Source: a virus
Taxonomy: Duplodnaviria > Heunggongvirae > Uroviricota > Caudoviricetes
Reading direction: 5' to 3' (one strand)
Virus record (IMG/VR): IMGVR_UViG_3300044618_002782
Location: 64,001 to 128,000 of that record
Length of the DNA stretch: 64,000 nucleotides
The notes beneath the pieces were generated by a model. It was given only the letters and a program-made list of their open reading frames with translations, was not told the DNA's origin and did not search any database. The translations under genes and the position numbers were made by a program. Shown one piece after another: positions 19,355 through 28,608 of this stretch. The first letter of the stretch is position 1. Every line of letters begins with the position of its first letter.

Positions 19355-20172
19355 TTAGACATGTCCAAGGTAAAAATCTGGCGATACTGATGTGTACACG
19401 ACGGACACGTGATATCCAACGGCTGTATCTCGCTGGATTCCCTCAGTTTGATCACAAAATCTCGTATGCTGTTGAAAACAACACGGTCGCAATTGACAAT
19501 AAATTCTTCAATGTGTTCTTGTTCTGTAACAATGGCAGCAGGGGTTCTGATTTCGGTAATGCTTTGGCTTATGGCCTTGACAGTGACTTCCACCAAGGTT
19601 TTCATCATGGCGTTCATTTTCTCAATCTTGTCTTTTTCTGCAAGTTCGGTACTTTCGTTTACCATCTGCAGTGTCTTTTGCTGCTCAAACTGTTGCAAGC
19701 TGTTGTCAACCATTTCGCGATAATTAAGCGGCCTAAAATGAAATGTAAGATCACCTTGGGTCAACGGTTTATTATAGTCACTAGACTTCAGCCTGTCGAC
19801 AACACCGCGCAAATCTAATCCAAAATCATGTTCTTCGCCGCAGGCTGGACATGTAGAACCAATATCCATGTCGTGACCGTAACTGGCGATACGAATAGCT
19901 ATCAGCAACACATCGACATCGGGCGCAGGAACAGCCCATGCCTGTTTGATATTTGGAACACAACTTTTGATAACTCCCACCACTGCTTCCCCGTTGAACA
20001 AGGCATCTGGTGTGCGATAACTGATTTCGTCGATGGCAGTCATGGGCAACACAGGTATTTCGCCGTTAACCGGGTAATCGAGCGACCCGGGTAGCCAGTG
20101 TTGGCCTTGACTGGGCAATCGAATATAAATTGCCGGTTGGCGAAAAAATTTCGATAAGGGATTTGAATTCAT
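19333..20172 (-). CDS. gp26: Baseplate hub assembly protein, gp26-like (copy 2)
   Basis: NPLSKFFRQPAIYIRLPSQG, IPVLPMTAIDE, DVDVLLIAIRIASYG, CPAC...CPSC zinc-binding pairs. Confidence 0.72.
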   Translation of the reverse strand: MNSNPLSKFFRQPAIYIRLPSQGQHWLPGSLDYPVNGEIPVLPMTAIDEISYRTPDALFNGEAVVGVIKSCVPNIKQAWAVPAPDVDVLLIAIRIASYGHDMDIGSTCPACGEEHDFGLDLRGVVDRLKSSDYNKPLTQGDLTFHFRPLNYREMVDNSLQQFEQQKTLQMVNESTELAEKDKIEKMNAMMKTLVEVTVKAISQSITEIRTPAAIVTEQEHIEEFIVNCDRVVFNSIRDFVIKLRESSEIQPLDITCPSCTHQYRQIFTLDMSNFFVAAS

Positions 20173-20194
20173 AGCGATCCTTTGAGCAACGCAG

Positions 20195-21016
20195 TTACTC
20201 GTTGTTTGATAAATTCAGGCTGTAGGCCTGTGTATATTGGTTAGCACAATTGCTGCAGGTCACTGCAGCAGGTTTGAGTTCTGCTGGGGCACGGCGAGCA
20301 ATAATGTTGTTTTGCAGTTGCATGTAAACCGTACGATCGCAGTTGCGTAACCATTCTGCTATGTGTTCTGGATCGCGAACTTCGGCCTCAGGAGTTTGCA
20401 CCGAGTGTATGTTTTTTGTCAGCACCTGGGTGGACAACGATCTAACTTTGGTCAACAGTTCGTCGATTTTTTCTGCTTGATTGACAGGATCGGCGTTGTC
20501 TTGTAGCAGGCGTTCGGCATCTATATCGCTAAATTGATTTTGATTTATGTCAGTTATTTCGCGATAAGTGATAGGCTTAAAAAATACTTTAAGATCAGCA
20601 ATTTGTTCGGGTATATCGTAGTCAACTGACGAAATCTGGTTAATAGCATCTGATAAATTAACAGATATTTTTTCTTCGTGCTGACAAGCAAGGCATTGTG
20701 CAGCCACAGACAGTTCTGGACCGTGTGTGGCTATCTTGATTGCAGTCAACAGTTTGTCGATGTCAATGACTGGTACTGCCCAGGCATCTTTGATGTCGGG
20801 AACACAACTTTCAATCACAGATACAACAGCAGTACCGGTAGCTTGTCCAACGTCTGACATAAACACCAACTCATCCTGCCTGGTCATGGCCAACACAGGA
20901 TACTGATTATTTTCCGACGGATTGATGGCATTTTTGGAATAGAACTTTCCGCCGCTGGGCAACGACACCTGCAGCACAGAATGTCTAAAGTATTGGTTTA
21001 ACGGGTTTGGAGTCAT
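20195..21016 (-). CDS. gp26: Baseplate hub assembly protein, gp26-like (copy 1, paralog)
   Basis: NPLNQYFR...LPSGGKFY, YPVLAMTRQDE, DIDKLLTAIKIATHG, CLAC...CSNC; colinear with the next gene. Confidence 0.65.
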   Translation of the reverse strand: MTPNPLNQYFRHSVLQVSLPSGGKFYSKNAINPSENNQYPVLAMTRQDELVFMSDVGQATGTAVVSVIESCVPDIKDAWAVPVIDIDKLLTAIKIATHGPELSVAAQCLACQHEEKISVNLSDAINQISSVDYDIPEQIADLKVFFKPITYREITDINQNQFSDIDAERLLQDNADPVNQAEKIDELLTKVRSLSTQVLTKNIHSVQTPEAEVRDPEHIAEWLRNCDRTVYMQLQNNIIARRAPAELKPAAVTCSNCANQYTQAYSLNLSNNE

Positions 21017-21063
21017 GGTTTGTTTGCCAGGTAAATATATCTGTATACTTATAGGCTAAAACG

Positions 21064-24000
21064 GTGGACGAACAAAAAATCAATGACCTAATTTACGAGA
21101 TTCAAATTCTTGTCAGTACTCTCAGTAAAGGCAGCACAGCCACTAGCAGTAGCACCACCACCACCAGCAACAAAGGGATGACCGACAAGAGTGCTACTCA
21201 ATTGATTGCGGCGCTGGGAGTCTTGGCTTCTAAATTAGGCGGTGCTGCTCGTAATCGCAAAGAAGAAATTCGAGCAGCTAACGATTTTGCCAACAGTGTA
21301 ACAGTTGCTGCCAATCGCGCAGAAAAAGCAGCAGAAAAGCAAGCAAAAAAATCAGAAGATTTTGCCAACGCTGCTGCTGCAAATGCAGAGCAGCTTAGAC
21401 GTGCTAGTTTGTCTGCAAAACAAATAGCACAAGACCAAGCCAATGCTAATAAACAATCAATAGTAGAAGCAAATAGATTAAAAAACGCAACCGACAATCT
21501 CAAACGGGGCATGGACGACGCCTATAAATCCATTGCTAGTTTAGTAGCAAACACTCAAGCATCTACTCATGACTATGCATCTGCTATGTCAAGCGCAGCT
21601 ACACCAGTATTAAAATTTGCTTCTCTAATGGGTGGCCCAGTTACCAAAGGCTTGAGTTTTTTTGGCCAAGCATTAATTCAATGGGGAGTAGCAGCAGCCA
21701 AGCAAGCTGATCAACAATTTAAGGCATTTGATCGATTAGCTAAAGTTGGCGGTAGCAGTATTGGGAGTCTCCGAGAGCTATACGAGCTGACTAAATCTTT
21801 TAACTACACATCAAACGAATTAGATAAACTTGGTGATGTTTTAGTTGCAAATAGTGACAACATTGCATTGCTTGGCAAAGGATTCACTGATGGCAGCAAA
21901 GGCATTGGCAAAGTTATGTCCCAGTTTAGTGCTGGCGCAGATTCTTTTAGAGAACAATTTCGTGCGCTAGGCATGGCCTATGAATCACAAAACGAAGCTT
22001 TGATGGGATATGCTGCCAACGAAGCCAGGCTGGGCCGAGCACGTCAATTACAAGATAAAAATGCTGGTGCAACATTTGCTGAATATTTAAAAAATGTTGA
22101 AGCTATTACCAGGCTAACTGGTGCCGATCGTGCAAAACAAGAAGCTGCGCAGGCTAAAACACTAGCTAAAGAGCAGTTCAGAGTCAGATTAGAACAAGCC
22201 AAGGCCCCAGGCGGCGATCCAAAAGAACTTGCAAGATTAACTAAAATCCAAGAAGCAATTACATTGGCTAGCGCATCTGGTGCAGAAGACGTGGCAGATC
22301 AGCTTCGTGCCTTAGCCGGCGGATTTATAGGAGCCAAAGGCGGCGAAGGTATTACACAACTGCTGGGCGGCGAAGCGTCGGCAATGCTGGACAGTTTAGA
22401 CGAAAACACAGACGCTTTGGCGTTTGTTAAAAACTTGCTTGCAAAAACTACTCAAGCTCAAATTGGTGCTTTTGGAACACTAGGGCGTGTCGGCGGGCTG
22501 GAATCCCAGACTGGTATTGGTGTAGGACAAACAGCTGACGCAGCCGCACGCCTCGGCGACGAAAAGACTCTTGCAGCAATAAGAGCAAAAATTGAAGAAC
22601 AACTCAGGTCACCTGATCCCATACTCAGAACAAAAGCTGAGACAGACAAAGCTACTTTAGAAAAAGGTCAGAATCTTCAAGATTTTATTCAAGTAGCAAT
22701 TCCTGCTGCAACCACGGCTACTAATATATTTGCTCGGGCATTATCAAACGCAACTGAATTTCTTGCAACTAAAAAAGATTCAGCACTAACAAAATCGTCC
22801 GACGATGCCAACTATAAAGCCATGGGATTAATAGACAAGAGTTTTTCTCTTGTGGCACGCGGCTTAGAAAATGTTGCTGATATAGTTGGGTTAGACTATG
22901 TGGCTAGTCAAGCCCGGGGTAACCGTATTGAAAACGAAGGAAGATATTTTAAAGATTTAGTTTCAAGAAAATCTAAAGCTGCCCAAGAAGCAGGAGTTGA
23001 ATCTGGGCTAACTCAAGAGCAAATTGCAGCAGCCGCAGCTCGATCAGTAATAGAAAACGCACCAAAATACGCCACTGGCGGTATTGCTTCGGGCCCTGGT
23101 AGTGGACACTTGGCCATGCTGCACGGTACAGAAGCTGTTATACCTTTAGCCGGTGGTGGCATACCCGTAAAATTGTCCGGTGGCGGTGGTATAGAGTCAG
23201 GCCCGGTGTTCAATCCACAAACAGAAACCAATTTCTTATTGGAAAAAAACAACGAAGAACTGGTCAAGGCCAACGTGACGCTGAGTCAAATGCTGGAAGC
23301 TATAACTGGCGGCGCTACAGTAACCGGAGGCGGCGGCGGTGGTGGTGGAACCTCCGAAAAAGTTGCTCAAGAAGCATTAGCCGAACATGATCATGCACAC
23401 CCGCATGAACCTGCTGCTGCTGCAGATCCTGAACTGGCTAAACAGATTGGCAAGATTGTAATGCCACTGGAAAAGATGAATGTAACCAGCGGCTTTGGTA
23501 ATCGCACAATGGATGGCAAAGTGCAAGGACACGGTGCCATCGATCTAGCAGGCAAAATTGGTGACAAGGTCATGGCACCAATATCGGGCATAGCCAGAGT
23601 ATTGAGCGAAAAAGAATCTGGTGGCTACGGCAACATGGTTGAAGTCACTGATGAGAAAACAGGTGTCAAGCACATGCTGGCTCACCTGGACAAGAGCATG
23701 GTCAAGACTGGTGAAGTGATCAAGGCTGGCCAACAGATCGGCACCTTGGGCAACACAGGCAAAAGCACAGGGGCTCACCTGCATCACGAAATGCGGGATA
23801 AATTTGGCAAAAAAATAGATCCTACCCAGTTTTATTCAGGTCCTGGATTTGGATCAACAGCAGGCGGAGCTGCTACTGGAAACCCCAACATTGCCAGACA
23901 AGGTCGAAGAGCAGGAGCAACTCAGTACCCTGCTGCACCTGATATGATGTCAGGCGAACTTGGCAAAATGTCTGAGAAATACGAAACCGGCGGTCGCGGA

Positions 24001-25008
24001 AGTGGAACAGTAGGTTGGGACAAAGTAGGCGGCACCAGCTACGGAAAATATCAAATAGCATCCAAAGTGGGTGCCATGAAAGACTTTCTCAAGTTTGCAG
24101 AACAGTCAGGTCGCGGCGATGTTGCTAAGAAATTACGAGATGCAGGCGCAGAATCCGATACAGGCGGAACCAGTGGTAAATCAGTGGACGTTTGGAAACA
24201 AATGGCTGCCAGCGGCGAACTAGGTGATCTAGAATCTCAGTTTATTAAACAAAAAAGTTTTGATCCAGCAATGGCTGGTCTCAAAGACAATGACCTCAGA
24301 AAGAGAATTGAAGGCAACAAAGCCCTTAAAGAAATGATGTTTAGCACCAGTGTGCAGCACGGCGGTGGCGGTGCTGCTGGCATCATGAACAAAGTCTACA
24401 AAAAAGGCATGAGTGACGAAGACCTCATCAAGGCAACTTATGCAGAACGTGGCACCAGATTTGGCGGCAGCACCGCCGAAGTACAAAAAAGTGTTAAAAA
24501 TAGATTTGTAAGCGAAGAAAAAGATGTAATGGCCATGTTGGGCATGCCAGCCGGTAACGGTGTTCCGGGGGCAGCCCCAGGCGCACCAATGGTTGCAGGT
24601 GCACAATCTGGTCCTAGAACCACAGGTTCCTTGAGATCAGCCCTGGGATTACCCGAAGGTAGCGCAGGTGCAGGTGCAGGTACAGGTGGATTGATGGGCA
24701 TGTTGGGCGGCATGTTGGGTCTGGGAGGATCAACTACAGGACAAGCTGGAATCACGGCCGGTGGAGCTCCTGGCGCAATTGGATCTGATATCTCGGCTAT
24801 CACACAGGCTATGGAAGCACAAACAGCAGCAACACAAACAGCTATTACGTCAGGCATGGAAAATCTCACAACACAATTGGTAGATAAACTGGGAGGTGCC
24901 GGTGGCACCAATGATCCTGCAGTGCCAACCTTGTTGGGAGAAATATTGGCTGCACAACGCGATCAAACCACAGCTATCAACAAACTAATTCAAGTTAGTA
25001 CTGCGTAA
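21064..25008 (+). CDS. Tape-measure-like protein with M23 peptidase and VgrG3-type lysozyme-like domains
   Basis: Ala-rich helical N-terminal 700 aa; MLHGTEAVIPL; M23 motifs HGAIDL, GGYGNMV, AHL, STGAHLHHE; then LGKMSEKYETGG...GGTSYGKYQIAS. Confidence 0.75.
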   Translation: MDEQKINDLIYEIQILVSTLSKGSTATSSSTTTTSNKGMTDKSATQLIAALGVLASKLGGAARNRKEEIRAANDFANSVTVAANRAEKAAEKQAKKSEDFANAAAANAEQLRRASLSAKQIAQDQANANKQSIVEANRLKNATDNLKRGMDDAYKSIASLVANTQASTHDYASAMSSAATPVLKFASLMGGPVTKGLSFFGQALIQWGVAAAKQADQQFKAFDRLAKVGGSSIGSLRELYELTKSFNYTSNELDKLGDVLVANSDNIALLGKGFTDGSKGIGKVMSQFSAGADSFREQFRALGMAYESQNEALMGYAANEARLGRARQLQDKNAGATFAEYLKNVEAITRLTGADRAKQEAAQAKTLAKEQFRVRLEQAKAPGGDPKELARLTKIQEAITLASASGAEDVADQLRALAGGFIGAKGGEGITQLLGGEASAMLDSLDENTDALAFVKNLLAKTTQAQIGAFGTLGRVGGLESQTGIGVGQTADAAARLGDEKTLAAIRAKIEEQLRSPDPILRTKAETDKATLEKGQNLQDFIQVAIPAATTATNIFARALSNATEFLATKKDSALTKSSDDANYKAMGLIDKSFSLVARGLENVADIVGLDYVASQARGNRIENEGRYFKDLVSRKSKAAQEAGVESGLTQEQIAAAAARSVIENAPKYATGGIASGPGSGHLAMLHGTEAVIPLAGGGIPVKLSGGGGIESGPVFNPQTETNFLLEKNNEELVKANVTLSQMLEAITGGATVTGGGGGGGGTSEKVAQEALAEHDHAHPHEPAAAADPELAKQIGKIVMPLEKMNVTSGFGNRTMDGKVQGHGAIDLAGKIGDKVMAPISGIARVLSEKESGGYGNMVEVTDEKTGVKHMLAHLDKSMVKTGEVIKAGQQIGTLGNTGKSTGAHLHHEMRDKFGKKIDPTQFYSGPGFGSTAGGAATGNPNIARQGRRAGATQYPAAPDMMSGELGKMSEKYETGGRGSGTVGWDKVGGTSYGKYQIASKVGAMKDFLKFAEQSGRGDVAKKLRDAGAESDTGGTSGKSVDVWKQMAASGELGDLESQFIKQKSFDPAMAGLKDNDLRKRIEGNKALKEMMFSTSVQHGGGGAAGIMNKVYKKGMSDEDLIKATYAERGTRFGGSTAEVQKSVKNRFVSEEKDVMAMLGMPAGNGVPGAAPGAPMVAGAQSGPRTTGSLRSALGLPEGSAGAGAGTGGLMGMLGGMLGLGGSTTGQAGITAGGAPGAIGSDISAITQAMEAQTAATQTAITSGMENLTTQLVDKLGGAGGTNDPAVPTLLGEILAAQRDQTTAINKLIQVSTA

Positions 25009-25044
25009 TGAATAAGTATATAATTGTAAATTACGGATTAATAA

Positions 25045-26856
25045 ATGGCAGACTCGCAAAAAAACAGTAAAGGCGGCTGGCGCAAGTACTTCAAAGTAGC
25101 CAACGTAGGCGGAGAACTCAGTCCTCTCAGCGGCAAAGGTTCTGATGGCTTGCCTGGATACGGGCGTCAAGATGGACGTGATCCCTTGCGCGGCCATGCT
25201 GATGTGGTTTATCGCAACTATGCAAGTCGTTTGCCCGAAGTGTATTCTGGTCACCCAAATCGTATCGAACGTTATAATCAATACGAAAACATGGACAGTG
25301 ACAGTGAAATCAATGCTTGTCTGGACATTTTGGCAGAGTTTTGTACTCAAACCACCAACGGCGAAGCAGTACCGTTTCAAGTAAACTATTCTGACAAGCC
25401 CACAGCCCACGAAATTGAAATTATTAAAAAACAATTGCAGCAATGGGTCAAGTTGAATAAACTGGATCAACGCCTGTTTCGTATTTTCCGCAACACACTC
25501 AAGTACGGAGATCAAGTGTTTGTGCGTGATCCTGAAACATTTGAAATGTACTGGGTTGACATGACCAAAGTTGCTCGAGTGATCGTAAACGAAAGCGAAG
25601 GCAAACAGCCTGAGCAGTATGTGATTCGTGACATCAATCCCAACTTTCAAAATTTAAGCATTGCTGTAAAAACTACCACTGATTTTCAATCTACACCACC
25701 GTCGGGTGCGTATGTAGCACCTTTCAACTATACAGCACCCAACGCCGGTGCTGGCGGCCAAGGCAGCGGCGGCAGTAGATTTTCAGCAGCCATGAACGAA
25801 ACTGTAGTAGATGCTAAACACGTGATTCATCTAGGACTAAGCGAAGGTTTAGACTTTTACTGGCCGTTTAGTATGAGTGTGTTGGAAACAATTTACCGAG
25901 TGTTCAAGCAGAAAGAACTGCTGGAAGATGCAGTGTTGATTTATCGTGTGAGTCGTGCACCTGAACGTAGAATTTTTAAAATTGACGTAGGCAACATGCC
26001 CAGTCACATGGCTATGGCCTTTGTGGAACGTGTCAAAAACGAAATACATCAGCGCAGAATTCCCAGTCACACCGGTGGCAGCAGCGGTCAAAACATTATG
26101 GACAGCAGCTATAATCCACTCAGCATCAACGAAGACTATTACTTTCCACAAACTGCAGATGGCCGAGGTAGCAGTGTTGAAACCTTGCCAGGCGGTAGTA
26201 ATCTAGGCGAGATTGATGACTTAAAGTATTTCAACAACAAGATGTGCCGTGGTTTGCGTGTGCCCAGTAGTTATTTGCCAACTGGGCCTGACGATTCAGA
26301 TCGCCCTATGAATGACGGACGAGTAGGAACTGCATTAATTCAAGAGTATCGTTTTAATCAGTATTGCGAACGTTTACAACGACTAATCATCAACAAACTA
26401 GATGACGAATTCAAGATGTTTATGCGCTGGAGAGGCTTTAACATAGACAGCAGTCTGTTTAGCATTGCATTTAATCCACCGCAGAACTTTGCCAGCTATA
26501 GAGAAGCAGAACTGGACACCACCCGTGTTTCTACGTTCCAAGCTCTAGAGCAAATTCCTTATATGAGCAAGCGTTTCTTGCTCAAACGTTACTTAGGGTT
26601 AACCGAAGAAGAAATTCAGGAAAACGAAACGTTATGGAATGAAGAAAGAACAGATGCTGAGTTGCCACCCACTAGTGGTCAGGATCTGCGTGGTGTTGGA
26701 GTGACCCCAGCTGACTTCGAGGCTGATATTACCACCGGTGAAGAAATGAATACCATGGGTGCTCCAGGATCAGAAGCAACTGGTGGTGCTCCTGCACCAG
26801 GAAGTCAGCCAGGAGCAGCAGTGGCTCCCGGTGCAACAACTCCAGCTCCGGGCTAA
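25045..26856 (+). CDS. gp20: Portal vertex protein
   Basis: LLEDAVLIYRVSRAPERRIFKIDVGNMP, EDYYFPQTADGRGSSVETLPGG, YFNNKMCRGLRVPSSYL. Confidence 0.95.
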   Translation: MADSQKNSKGGWRKYFKVANVGGELSPLSGKGSDGLPGYGRQDGRDPLRGHADVVYRNYASRLPEVYSGHPNRIERYNQYENMDSDSEINACLDILAEFCTQTTNGEAVPFQVNYSDKPTAHEIEIIKKQLQQWVKLNKLDQRLFRIFRNTLKYGDQVFVRDPETFEMYWVDMTKVARVIVNESEGKQPEQYVIRDINPNFQNLSIAVKTTTDFQSTPPSGAYVAPFNYTAPNAGAGGQGSGGSRFSAAMNETVVDAKHVIHLGLSEGLDFYWPFSMSVLETIYRVFKQKELLEDAVLIYRVSRAPERRIFKIDVGNMPSHMAMAFVERVKNEIHQRRIPSHTGGSSGQNIMDSSYNPLSINEDYYFPQTADGRGSSVETLPGGSNLGEIDDLKYFNNKMCRGLRVPSSYLPTGPDDSDRPMNDGRVGTALIQEYRFNQYCERLQRLIINKLDDEFKMFMRWRGFNIDSSLFSIAFNPPQNFASYREAELDTTRVSTFQALEQIPYMSKRFLLKRYLGLTEEEIQENETLWNEERTDAELPPTSGQDLRGVGVTPADFEADITTGEEMNTMGAPGSEATGGAPAPGSQPGAAVAPGATTPAPG

Positions 26857-26864
26857 ATATCATT

Positions 26865-27083
26865 ATGATACTGACAGAATTATATCAACGCTCGCCTGAA
26901 GCTTACCAAGACGTAGCACAAGACAACACTCAGCCCAGTCTGGGTGCATTGCGCAAGACCAAGCTGACTCTGCGTCAAATCAACAAGCTGCGTAGAATGA
27001 ACGACGTTAGGTCGTACGAATTCAAAGAAAAATTAAAAAAAGTCAAACAGCAGTATGCGCCTCCGGCACAGCCCATGGTCTAG
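26865..27083 (+). CDS. Small basic head-associated protein (gp67/gp68-like position)
   Basis: 72 aa ORF with its own TAAATA, between the portal and prohead core genes. Confidence 0.5.
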   Translation: MILTELYQRSPEAYQDVAQDNTQPSLGALRKTKLTLRQINKLRRMNDVRSYEFKEKLKKVKQQYAPPAQPMV

Positions 27084-27113
27084 CAATTTTTTAAAATACT
27101 AAGAAACATTATA

Positions 27114-27158
27114 AAAAGGCATAAAATATACCTGTTATCTGGTATGTTTATGCCTTTT
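27114..27158. repeat. 18-bp inverted repeat just upstream of a late promoter
   Basis: aaaaggcataa-a-atatacc / ggtatgt-ttatgcctttt with an 8-nt loop; TAAATA at 27163-27168. Confidence 0.7.
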
Positions 27159-27198
27159 GGTGTAAATATACAACAGAGCCATTACATCGGAGGTCCTC

Positions 27199-27963
27199 AT
27201 GAATAAGTTTGAACAACTCATTGAATACGTAATCAATGACGACGAAGCCAAAGCACGTGAACTGTTTCACGACATCGTAGTTGAAAAAAGTCGTGCCATC
27301 TACGAAGAAATGATGCAGGAAGAAGAAGAACAAATTGAAGAAGACATGGACGAAGAACTCGACGAAGAAGTTGAGGAAGTTGAAGAAGGCATGGGCGGCG
27401 ATCAAGCCGGCGACCTGATTGACGATATCGAAGTAGAAGAAGAAGGCATTTCCATGGAAGGCGATGACGACATGGACAGCGAAGACCACCACGATGACAT
27501 GGGTGGCGACGAAGAATTAGAAGATCGTGTGGTTGATCTGGAAGACAAACTGGACGAACTCATGGCTGAATTTGAATCTCTCATGGGCGGTGATGACATG
27601 GGCGGTGACGAAGAAATGGACGTTGAAGTCAGCGATGAATTTGACACTCCCGACATGGACAGCGAAGAAGTTGTTGACGACGAACTCGAAACAGAAGGCA
27701 TGTACGAAAACGTCAGTTTGAAGGCTGTATCAAAGCCAACACACGGCGACAACGGTGCCAATACAAAAAGCCCAGTAGCTGCTAACAGCGGTGCTAAGGG
27801 CATGGCTGCCAAGCCAGTTCGCGCAGGCGGCGACGGCGGCAACGGACGTCCTGCTCCTACAGCCAAAGACATGGGCAGTACAACACAGCCCAACGTAAAA
27901 CCTGCTCCCAAGCCACACCTGGCTCAGGCCGCAGGTGTCAATACTAAATCTGTAACCAACTAA
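27199..27963 (+). CDS. Acidic prohead core protein (gp67-like)
   Basis: Very Asp/Glu-rich with many (L/V/M)-x-E sites; strong SD GGAGG; sits between portal and protease. Confidence 0.6.
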   Translation: MNKFEQLIEYVINDDEAKARELFHDIVVEKSRAIYEEMMQEEEEQIEEDMDEELDEEVEEVEEGMGGDQAGDLIDDIEVEEEGISMEGDDDMDSEDHHDDMGGDEELEDRVVDLEDKLDELMAEFESLMGGDDMGGDEEMDVEVSDEFDTPDMDSEEVVDDELETEGMYENVSLKAVSKPTHGDNGANTKSPVAANSGAKGMAAKPVRAGGDGGNGRPAPTAKDMGSTTQPNVKPAPKPHLAQAAGVNTKSVTN

Positions 27964-27975
27964 GGAACCAGGTAA

Positions 27976-28599
27976 ATGGCTCTTTACCTTAGAGAAAACT
28001 TGACTTTCGACGCTGCCCGCATGGTTGTGGAAGGCGCCGAAGGCAAGGATCTTTACATGAAAGGTATTTGCATTCAAGGTGGTGTCAAAAACGCCAATGA
28101 GCGTGTGTACCCAGTGAGCGAAATTGAGCGAGCTGTTGGTACCCTTATGGAACAGATCAAGGCTGGCAGTTCAGTTCTAGGCGAACTGGATCACCCAGAT
28201 GATTTAAAAATTAACTTGGACCGCGTTTGTATCAACATGATAGAAATGTGGATGGACGGGCCCAACGGTTTTGGCAAAATGAAAATATTGCCAACACCCA
28301 TGGGAAATCTCGTCCGCACACTGCTGGAAAGCGGTGTGAAATTGGGAGTTTCGAGCCGAGGTAGCGGTAACGTTAACGAAGCGAACGGACATGTCAGTGA
28401 CTTTGAAATAGTCACTGTGGATGTGGTTGCCCAACCATCAGCGCCTAATGCTTATCCAAAAGCCATCTACGAAGGCTTGTTGAATATGCGCCACGGGCAT
28501 CGCCTGCTAGAAATGTCACGCGAAGCTGGGTCGGACAACAAGGTACAGAGATTTTTGAAAGAGGAATTAAAACGCCTTATCAAAGATCTCAAAATCTAG
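27976..28599 (+). CDS. gp21: Prohead protease
   Basis: KNANERVYP, LGELDHP, KLGVSSRGSG, DFEIVTVDVVAQPSAPNAY. Confidence 0.93.
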   Translation: MALYLRENLTFDAARMVVEGAEGKDLYMKGICIQGGVKNANERVYPVSEIERAVGTLMEQIKAGSSVLGELDHPDDLKINLDRVCINMIEMWMDGPNGFGKMKILPTPMGNLVRTLLESGVKLGVSSRGSGNVNEANGHVSDFEIVTVDVVAQPSAPNAYPKAIYEGLLNMRHGHRLLEMSREAGSDNKVQRFLKEELKRLIKDLKI

Positions 28600-28608
28600 G
28601 AGAAATAG

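Noticed and set aside
27402-27911. Ser-rich 169 aa antisense ORF
   Set aside because: Reverse complement of the Asp/Glu-rich prohead core gene.
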